Shown here: in pieces, positions 57,405 through 64,000 of the stretch
Layout of the letters: each line of letters starts with the position of its first letter
How positions within the stretch are numbered: the first letter of the stretch is position 1
DNA from: Candidatus Omnitrophota bacterium
Lineage (GTDB): Bacteria > Omnitrophota > Gorgyraeia > Duberdicusellales > 4484-171
Assembly (NCBI GenBank): GCA_021735655.1
Contig: JAIPGM010000008.1
Span: 1-64,000, forward strand
Direction: 5' to 3'
DNA length: 64,000 nt
Translations under genes and position numbers: made by a program
The notes under the pieces: model-generated
What the model was told of the DNA's origin: nothing
The model's input: only the letters and a program-made list of their open reading frames with translations
Databases searched by the model: none

Positions 57405-57715
57405 AAAACTTACCAAAAATGCTATAATTAAAAATCATTAATAGATGAGGGGTGGCCGAGCTCGGTTTAAGGCGGCGGTTTGCTAAACCTCCATAGTCCT
57501 TTTTCAATAACCCAATAAATTCAATCCTTTTTTAATTTATCTTCTAAAGTATTAACTTTTTATACTTACCGCTGTTTGTAGGAATCTTGCATGTTTGTAT
57601 CTGTTTGGCTATTTTTTGGACATTTTCTGGTCACCGACCCTTACTCTTTCTGACTTGGTTATGGGTATAGTTATAAGGGCTATTTTCGGCACTTGAAGTA
57701 AATTTTGGAAAAATC
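57405..57715 (+). repeat. ~310-bp direct repeat unit R2 (second promoter + tRNA-Ser 5' fragment + leader), immediately upstream of pilin C
   Basis: Also shares ~70 bp upstream of the promoter (aattgacacattt...atcaaagta) with the intact tRNA-Ser(GCU) locus at 58640. Confidence 0.75.
57447..57489 (+). pseudogene. Truncated tRNA-Ser(GCU) 5' fragment
   Basis: gaggggtggccgagctcggtttaaggcggcggtttgctaaacc then divergence. Confidence 0.7.
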
Positions 57716-57752
57716 TATTTTTAGTGGTAAAATATTCCAAAGGAGGTATTTT

Positions 57753-58337
57753 ATGAAAAAATCATTTACTTTAATCGAGTTAATCGTAGTAATCGCTATA
57801 ATTGCTATCTTAGCAGCAATCATCGCTCCCAATGCATTTAAGGCTATTGATAAAGCAAAAGTTTCAGCTAGCCTGGCTTATGCAAAGAACATAAAAACAG
57901 CAATTTTGTCTTTGTATTCCGATACTGGGCATTTTTCGGGATGGGTGGCCGGCATGACGGCTGGTCAATATAATTATGTGAAACTTGACGATGATTATAA
58001 CCCTAGTTGGCAGCCTAGCAATTTATTGAGTGATGAATCTGGTTGGACTGGTTGGGATGGTCCCTATATGGAGCAACTGACAGGTCGACATCGATGGGGC
58101 GGAACTATCATGCTTCTCTATTATCCTATTCCAGCATCTTGGGCTAATGGTCTTGGTCTTTATCGTTGGTTTCCGTGCTATGGGAATTCAGCTAATAATT
58201 GTGGAGTATCTGAGACGAATTTAAAGAAAATAGATGCTACCGTAGATGATGGTGTACCTACCACTGGTAACCATAGAGTCTATTATGACGCCACGTATTC
58301 ACAATGGTATTCGCTAGAAACGTTAATTAACTTCTAA
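57753..58337 (+). CDS. Type IV pilin / GspG-like pseudopilin (paralog C)
   Basis: MKKS|FTLIELIVVIAIIAILAAIIAPNAF, GWDGPY, RWGG, KIDATVDDG; start at the internal Met of track ORF 57705. Confidence 0.7.
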   Translation: MKKSFTLIELIVVIAIIAILAAIIAPNAFKAIDKAKVSASLAYAKNIKTAILSLYSDTGHFSGWVAGMTAGQYNYVKLDDDYNPSWQPSNLLSDESGWTGWDGPYMEQLTGRHRWGGTIMLLYYPIPASWANGLGLYRWFPCYGNSANNCGVSETNLKKIDATVDDGVPTTGNHRVYYDATYSQWYSLETLINF

Positions 58338-58409
58338 TGATAGGTTCAGTCGATAGCGGTAAAGAGGAAAATATAGGTTTTTGTTTAATAACTAGGGGAG
58401 ATTGTTAAC

Positions 58410-58535
58410 ATGAGAATATTTTTATTATTAGCTATAGTTGCGATAATGGCTTGTTCTTCGCAAGATAAGAGGTCACCGGTGGATCAATTAGAACCAGAGC
58501 TCATTGACCCTGCGGCTGGGCTTGACAATATGTAA
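58410..58535 (+). CDS. Possible 41-aa lipoprotein (below the ORF-track size cut-off)
   Basis: MRIFLLLAIVAIMAC-SSQ lipobox-type signal, GGGGAG RBS 8 nt upstream. Confidence 0.3.
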   Translation: MRIFLLLAIVAIMACSSQDKRSPVDQLEPELIDPAAGLDNM

Positions 58536-58699
58536 CCTTAGAATAACATTAAAGGTATGATGTCTTTAATGAACCAACGGTTTCTTTATACCTTCTTTTT
58601 AACTATAGTATTAAAGATATTTTAGGAAAACTTTTTAGCCTAATTGACACATTCTTTTCTATTTGACCAAGTCTTATCAAAGTATGATCCATCTTCTAA

Positions 58700-58735
58700 A
58701 TTCTTTCCAAAATTAACCAAAAATGTTATAATTGA
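58700..58735 (+). promoter_or_regulatory. Promoter of tRNA-Ser(GCU)
   Basis: TATAAT at 58726..58731, 18 nt before the tRNA 5' end, AT-rich upstream; the same promoter block is duplicated in R1 and R2. Confidence 0.45.
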
Positions 58736-58749
58736 AAATCATTAATAGA

Positions 58750-58845
58750 GGAGGGGTGGCCGAGCTCGGTTTAAGGCGGCGGTTTGCTAAACCGTTGTAC
58801 AGGTGAAAACCCGTACCTGGGGTTCAAATCCCCACCCCTCCGCCA
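58750..58845 (+). tRNA. tRNA-Ser (anticodon GCU), class II
   Basis: Acceptor GGAGGGG/CCCCTCC, anticodon stem GCGGT/ACCGT with loop TTGCTAA, long variable-arm hairpin, T-arm TGGGG-TTCAAAT-CCCCA, encoded CCA. Confidence 0.8.
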
Positions 58846-58861
58846 GTTTTATAATAAATAA

Positions 58862-59818
58862 ATGGAAATACTACTTAATAGCCTAATTTTTATAGTCGGT
58901 CTTGCTATATTAATAATCAGCTCTGACTGGCTTATCCAGGGTTCAATTAAATTATCTAGCCTTCTAAGATTAACCCCTTTATTTGTAGGATTAGTTCTAG
59001 TCGCTTTTGGTACATCTACTCCTGAAGCTGGAGTTGGAATAGTCGCCGCCATAAGAAATTATAAAGAGATAGCCTTGGGCAATGTTATCGGAAGCAATAT
59101 TTGCAATATTGGGTTGATTTTGGGTCTATGTGCTTTCGTTAGGCCGTTAAAGATAAATAAGTCTATTCTTAGAAGAGAGTTTCCCTTTATGCTTCTTGCT
59201 ACGGTTTCACTTTTTTTAATGAGTCGGGATTTATTAATTAGCCGGCTTGACGGATTAATATTTATATTTGGCTTTATTGCTTTTTTAGTTTTTTCATATA
59301 AAGGAGCAAGGCAGTCTTTTATCGGCGATGAGATAAATAATTTTAAATTTAAAGGTTTGTTTAAGAGATACAATTCACCTATTGCAATCACCGTTTTATC
59401 GCTAATTTCAATTTTAGGCATAGCTATTGGAGCAAAGCTTATGGTTGATAAAGGAGTGGTCTTAGCAAATATTTTTGGGGTGAAGCCTTGGTTGATTGCA
59501 ATTACTGTTTTTGCCGTTGGCACTTCGCTTCCTGAATTAGCGGCATCATTGACTGCGGCTTTGAAGAAAGCGCCTTCAATTAGTGTTGGCAATATCGTCG
59601 GAAGCAATATTTTTAACATTTTACTGATTTTAGGGGTGGTTTCTTTAATCAGACCGATACAGCTAGAGGCTTCAATGCTAAAGTTTGAATTTCCGGTTTT
59701 GCTTATTTTTAGCTTTACCCTTCTTATCATGATGAAAACTAGGCACCAAATAAGCCGTTGGGAAGGGCTGTCGTTATTTTTAGGCTATATTGGTTTTATT
59801 TTTTTATTGATTCACTAA
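58862..59818 (+). CDS. Na+/Ca2+ exchanger-family (CaCA, YrbG-like) membrane protein
   Basis: Two alpha-repeats GTSTPEAGV and GTSLPELAA, GNVIGSNI motifs, ~10 TM helices. Confidence 0.8.
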   Translation: MEILLNSLIFIVGLAILIISSDWLIQGSIKLSSLLRLTPLFVGLVLVAFGTSTPEAGVGIVAAIRNYKEIALGNVIGSNICNIGLILGLCAFVRPLKINKSILRREFPFMLLATVSLFLMSRDLLISRLDGLIFIFGFIAFLVFSYKGARQSFIGDEINNFKFKGLFKRYNSPIAITVLSLISILGIAIGAKLMVDKGVVLANIFGVKPWLIAITVFAVGTSLPELAASLTAALKKAPSISVGNIVGSNIFNILLILGVVSLIRPIQLEASMLKFEFPVLLIFSFTLLIMMKTRHQISRWEGLSLFLGYIGFIFLLIH

Positions 59819-59845
59819 TTTATAATAACCAAAAGGAGGTAGCGG

Positions 59846-60406
59846 ATGTTAGGAGGTATATTGATATTTTTAGGAGTTTTAGTGTTTTTGGTCGTTATCT
59901 GGGTTATCGGTTCTTATAACGGCGTAATAACTTTAAGAAATAGTGTGGATAATGCTTGGGCTCAAATCGATGTCCAGCTTACCCGGAGACATGATCTTAT
60001 ACCTAATTTGGTAAAAACGGCTAAAGGTTACCTAACTCATGAAAAAGAAACCCTTGAGAATGTAATAAAGGCCCGTACTCAGGCAACTCAGGCTACCGCA
60101 GTTAAAGACAAACAGGCGGCCGAGAACTTTTTAACCAGCACCCTGCGCTCTTTATTTGCTGTTGTTGAGCGATATCCTGATCTTAAGGCTAATCAGAGCA
60201 TGCTCAAGCTTCATGAAGAGATAACTTCAACTGAAAACCGGATTGCTTTTGCCCGGCAGTTTTACAATGATGAGACAATGAGGCACAATACCTTAATTCA
60301 GCAATTTCCGGTTAATTTAATTGCCAGTAGTTTTAACTTTAGCAATAAAGAGTTATTCGAAATCGAGGATACGTCTCACAAGGAAGTTCCCGAAGTAAAT
60401 CTTTAA
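59846..60406 (+). CDS. LemA-family membrane protein
   Basis: N-terminal TM helix then YNGVITLRNSVDNAWAQIDVQLTRRHDLIPNLV, characteristic of LemA. Confidence 0.8.
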   Translation: MLGGILIFLGVLVFLVVIWVIGSYNGVITLRNSVDNAWAQIDVQLTRRHDLIPNLVKTAKGYLTHEKETLENVIKARTQATQATAVKDKQAAENFLTSTLRSLFAVVERYPDLKANQSMLKLHEEITSTENRIAFARQFYNDETMRHNTLIQQFPVNLIASSFNFSNKELFEIEDTSHKEVPEVNL

Positions 60407-60421
60407 TTTTCTTACCTAAAA

Positions 60422-62059
60422 ATGGCCTATTCATTTATCCAGATCGAGAGGGAGAAATCCCGTTTTATCTTCGTTCTGATTGCCATCCTGATAGCTATCT
60501 ACTTTTTTACCTCTTGGACAGTATGGTTTTTTGTTAAAAACTACTACCGCTATCGGTTTTATAGCGAAGCCCAAACTGGTCTATATATCCCTACTTTGAT
60601 TGAAACCGGCATTGTTTTTTTAATTGCTCTTTCAGCGGCATTATTGCATTTTTACATTTCAACCGCTGATATGCTGGTTAGATCATTTGAGGTTTTAGGA
60701 GCAAAGCCTTTGGATTTAAACTATTCCAAGCATCGGATGCTCAGAAATATAATTGATGAGGTTTCGATAGCTATGGGTGGGGTTAGTATCAACGGTTGTG
60801 TGGTTAATAGTGCCAGTTGCAATGCTTTTACGATTAGTAATTTTAGCGGTTTTGCCTACATCGGTGTAACTGAAGGTTTACTTTCTAAGTTAAATCGCAG
60901 CCAGTTAGAAGCTGTAATTGGCCATGAGGCAGCTCACATCGTGAGAGGAGATACCCAGATAGTTACGACTGCCTGTTCAGTTTTCGGGATTTATGAAGGC
61001 TTAATGGTTGGGATAAGAGAGAGTGTTTTAAGAGTAAGGAGCTCAGCAGCCCTGCTTGGAGTTTTTATTTATTTGATTTTATCTATTGTCCATATTCTTA
61101 ATAAGATAATCGTGTCTTCTATTTCTAAACAGAAAGAATTTCGAGCTGATGCGGTTGCGGTTAAACTTACCCGTGATCCATTAGCTTTGGCTCAGAGTCT
61201 ATATATTATTTCAAAGCGTTGGCATGGTGAGAATACAAAGGTCGTTGGACTGTCCTCGTTGTTTATTGTTAGTCCAGTTGGCTCAAGCCTTAGTGGTTTT
61301 TCAACTCATCCTCCGATAGAGGAAAGAATCGGTATATTGTTGAATATGGCTCATGCTGACAAATCTGCTCTTGAGAGCATGGTTAACAATCTAAAACCAG
61401 AAATTAAGGCTGCCCGTAGGGATTTTAAGCAGATGGCTAAGAAAAGTAAACTTTTAAAAAATCATGAAAGCTGGTTTGCCTTTAAGGATCAGAGTTGGCA
61501 AGGTCCTTTTTTATTTGTAGAGCTTGCGTCTCTTGGGTGGCTTAAACCGGATCATTTAATTCGTCGCCACGGTGCAATCCAAGCAAAACCAGCCTATGAG
61601 GATAGTAGATTAATGCCTTTATTTAGGCCGCACGAGGATCAGCTACACAGCCGTTTTTCTTGTCCTTACTGCTATCACGGATTAGATGCAACTAAATATG
61701 AAGGGGCAGATGTCTATAAGTGCTATCTTTGTAAGGGTAGGCTTCTTACAAGAGATGAATTAAATAAGGTATTAATTAGAGAAGATCGGGATTTTTCTCA
61801 AGATATTATTTCGCAGGCCGAGCTAGCCTTAGCTGAGAAAAAAGAGCGTTTTAAGCGTATTCGAGAAATAAAAACTCCTTTGGTAATAAATTGTCCGAAT
61901 TGTTTTCGAAAAATGCGCCGTAAACTTTTTAGTCATTATGCTCCGGTTGAGGTGGATGAGTGTGGTTGGTGCGCTAGCATATGGCTTGACTATGATGAGC
62001 TTGAGATAATTCAGTCTATCTATGATCGACTTCCCAATAAAGACCAGATAATATATTAG
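60422..62059 (+). CDS. Membrane zinc metallopeptidase (M48/HtpX-like HExxH) with two C-terminal zinc-ribbon modules
   Basis: TM helices; VIGHEAAHIVRGD (HExxH); CPYCYHG...CYLCKG and CPNCFRK...CGWC ribbons; LemA neighbour is a common pairing. Confidence 0.55.
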   Translation: MAYSFIQIEREKSRFIFVLIAILIAIYFFTSWTVWFFVKNYYRYRFYSEAQTGLYIPTLIETGIVFLIALSAALLHFYISTADMLVRSFEVLGAKPLDLNYSKHRMLRNIIDEVSIAMGGVSINGCVVNSASCNAFTISNFSGFAYIGVTEGLLSKLNRSQLEAVIGHEAAHIVRGDTQIVTTACSVFGIYEGLMVGIRESVLRVRSSAALLGVFIYLILSIVHILNKIIVSSISKQKEFRADAVAVKLTRDPLALAQSLYIISKRWHGENTKVVGLSSLFIVSPVGSSLSGFSTHPPIEERIGILLNMAHADKSALESMVNNLKPEIKAARRDFKQMAKKSKLLKNHESWFAFKDQSWQGPFLFVELASLGWLKPDHLIRRHGAIQAKPAYEDSRLMPLFRPHEDQLHSRFSCPYCYHGLDATKYEGADVYKCYLCKGRLLTRDELNKVLIREDRDFSQDIISQAELALAEKKERFKRIREIKTPLVINCPNCFRKMRRKLFSHYAPVEVDECGWCASIWLDYDELEIIQSIYDRLPNKDQIIY

Positions 62060-62145
62060 TTATTTTAAATGTTAAGTTCAGTTGACTTAAAGATAATATC
62101 AAGGTATACTAATTTCGCTTTTTTAAACTAACCTTTAATACAATC

Positions 62146-63873
62146 ATGGAGTATTTAGCTTTTGCTTTAAAATATCGGCCGCAAAACTTTGAACAAGTTA
62201 TCGGCCAAGAGCACATTGTTGTTTCTTTGCGAAACGCAATCCTAAAAGATCGAGTTTCTCACGCCTATATTTTTAGCGGTCCCCGAGGAATCGGTAAAAC
62301 TTCTCTAGCCCGAATTTTTGCAAAATCTTTAAACTGTGCCGAAGGCCCAACAGCTAAGCCTTGTGGAAAGTGCCCAAGTTGTTTAGCGATTACTAAGGGT
62401 AAGTCTTTAGATATCATCGAAATAGATGGGGCCTCAAACCGAGGCATAGACGAGATAAGAACCTTAAGAGAGAATGTAAAGCTTTCTCCGGCCGGATCAA
62501 GATATAAGATTTATATTATCGATGAAGTTCACATGCTTACCCAAGAGGCTTTTAATGCTCTTTTAAAGACCTTGGAGGAGCCGCCGCCACATGTAAAATT
62601 TATCTTTGCAACTACCCATCCACATAAAATATTACCAACGATTCTTTCGCGTTGTCAAAAGTTCCAGTTTAACCTTATTGCTTTAGAGAATATTGTTGCT
62701 AAGTTAAGAATAATTGCTAAAAGCGAGAAGATCAAAATTGAGGATAGTCTTTTATATACGATTGGCCGGGCCGCTGCCGGAAGTATAAGAGATGCTGAGA
62801 GCTTGTTTGATCAGCTGGCACCGGTAGTGCTTGAGAAAGGCTCGCTCAAAGATGTTTTTTCCTTTTTAGGAATAATTGATGAGGAAAGTTTAAATAAAGC
62901 ACTTAAGGCACTTTTAGATAAAGATATTGAGAGTTGTTTAGAGTTTATCGATCGATTAGCTAAAGATGGGAAAGATTTAGGAATATTTTTAAATGCTTTC
63001 ATTGAACATTTACGCAATTTACTTTTAGCTAAGGTAAGTTCGAGGACTTTTCAGGATTTAAGTGATGTTTCTCCCCAGAGTAAGGATTTTATTATTGAGC
63101 TTGCAAAGACAATTACAACTTTTGAAGTTTTAAGGGCGATTGATCTACTTATTGAAGCAAAGGATATTTCAAAGCGTCTTAACACGGTGAGAATTCCTTT
63201 GGAGTTAGCCTTAATAAGGTATTCGCATCAAGAAGAGTCAGAAGAGGTCCAGCCTCAAGCTCCTAAAAAAATCAATAAGCCTGATTTGCCTAAGAGCAAT
63301 GAGCCTCCGAACTCGACGATAGAAGGCTTAGATAGTATAGATTTTGAGGATGACGATGAACCGGTAAAGAGTAACAGCCAGGATGACAAGAAAGAAGACA
63401 TAATGGATATCGATCAAGACGATGCCCCACAGGATAATACTTTATTGCAGCCAATGTTGACTAAATGGCAGCAGATGATTGCTTATATGCAGAAAAAAAG
63501 AGCAGCCATTGCTTCGCATCTTACTTTTGCTCAGCCGATATCTTCTAAGGGTCGTTGCGTAACAATTGCTTTTTCACCGGCTGACTATTTTCATAAAGAG
63601 ATCGTTGAAAGCGCTAAGAATGTAAAGTTTATCGAAGCGGCAATTGCACATTTTATTAGTCAATCTCCGGGGGTAAAATTTATTCTTCGAGATCTTCCAG
63701 ATAGACCGAAGATTAAATCGGCTCCCGATTTAGCTGAAAGCGAAAATAGTAAACAAAACACTGATGGTAGCGAAAAAGCGAAACCTTCCCAAGCAGTTTC
63801 CGGGGATGATGATGCTTTTTTAAACAATCTTTTAGATACTTTTGACGGAAAATTTCACAGTGAGGATCAATGA
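62146..63873 (+). CDS. dnaX: DNA polymerase III subunit gamma/tau
   Basis: LKYRPQNFEQVIGQEHI, GPRGIGKTS Walker A, IIDEVHML Walker B, SRC motif, acidic low-complexity C-terminus. Confidence 0.9.
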   Translation: MEYLAFALKYRPQNFEQVIGQEHIVVSLRNAILKDRVSHAYIFSGPRGIGKTSLARIFAKSLNCAEGPTAKPCGKCPSCLAITKGKSLDIIEIDGASNRGIDEIRTLRENVKLSPAGSRYKIYIIDEVHMLTQEAFNALLKTLEEPPPHVKFIFATTHPHKILPTILSRCQKFQFNLIALENIVAKLRIIAKSEKIKIEDSLLYTIGRAAAGSIRDAESLFDQLAPVVLEKGSLKDVFSFLGIIDEESLNKALKALLDKDIESCLEFIDRLAKDGKDLGIFLNAFIEHLRNLLLAKVSSRTFQDLSDVSPQSKDFIIELAKTITTFEVLRAIDLLIEAKDISKRLNTVRIPLELALIRYSHQEESEEVQPQAPKKINKPDLPKSNEPPNSTIEGLDSIDFEDDDEPVKSNSQDDKKEDIMDIDQDDAPQDNTLLQPMLTKWQQMIAYMQKKRAAIASHLTFAQPISSKGRCVTIAFSPADYFHKEIVESAKNVKFIEAAIAHFISQSPGVKFILRDLPDRPKIKSAPDLAESENSKQNTDGSEKAKPSQAVSGDDDAFLNNLLDTFDGKFHSEDQ

Positions 63874-64000
63874 GTTTTAGTAGAATTTTTAATGAGTTAG
63901 TAAAGAGCTTTTCGCGTTTTCCCGGAGTTGGCCGCCGGAGCGCTGAAAGAATAGTTTTCCATGTTTTAAAGATGAAGCCTAATGACATTAAAGAGTTAAC
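63870..64000 (+). CDS. recR: Recombination protein RecR (5' fragment, truncated by window end)
   Basis: MSFSRIFNELVKSFSRFPGVGRRSAERIVFHVL helix-hairpin-helix N-terminus; ATG overlaps the dnaX stop (ATGA). Confidence 0.65.
   Translation, partial: MSFSRIFNELVKSFSRFPGVGRRSAERIVFHVLKMKPNDIKEL

Overview
This 64-kb window comes from an AT-rich, probably diderm (Gram-negative-type) bacterium. The evidence for a diderm is an outer-membrane beta-barrel protein ending in Phe, a Wza-like exporter and GspG/PilA-type pilins. Nearly all genes are on the + strand; the one exception is an island around 40.5-49.2 kb on the - strand.

- **1-23 kb:** housekeeping and envelope genes. These include an NMO/FabK-like oxidoreductase, an H1-like basic protein, citrate synthase, RlmB, a GT4 glycosyltransferase, a HAD hydrolase and an orphan 1068-aa protein. 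The envelope set comprises an outer-membrane beta-barrel protein, a repeat-rich Wza-like polysaccharide exporter and a LOG protein. Three PilZ proteins and a CheY-like receiver point to c-di-GMP signalling.
- **23.5-40.5 kb:** one tightly packed + strand operon. It encodes a type II FAS/PKS-like lipid pathway: an active ketosynthase, a Cys/His-less ketosynthase partner, a third ketosynthase, two FabZ, FabG and ACP. Tailoring and attachment genes are a CrtI-like flavoenzyme, an SDR reductase, a PlsC acyltransferase and an unusual START-like domain fused to an acyl-ACP reductase. Two histidine-kinase/CheY pairs sit inside the operon, and a GAF-HD-GYP phosphodiesterase ends it.
- **40.5-49.2 kb:** a tRNA-Ser(GGA)-linked island. 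A large serine recombinase runs antisense into the tRNA and is bracketed by perfect 33-bp inverted repeats. A second pair of 184-bp structured inverted repeats flanks a - strand cargo. The cargo encodes an XRE regulator, membrane proteins, a TM-anchored Mrr-type nuclease, a HEPN-like protein plus Zn-ribbon pair and an S49/ClpP-like protease with a Zn-ribbon tail. This is a candidate defence or abortive-infection module.
- **49-59 kb:** three divergent GspG/PilA-like pilin paralogs scattered among a trypsin-like protease with TPR repeats, PilZ, a degenerate-GGDEF HD-GYP protein and TadA. Two ~300-bp direct repeats here each carry a promoter plus a 5' fragment of the tRNA-Ser(GCU) gene found intact at 58.75 kb.
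- **59-64 kb:** a Na+/Ca2+ exchanger, LemA, an M48-like peptidase, dnaX and the start of recR.

No CRISPR array or rRNA is present.
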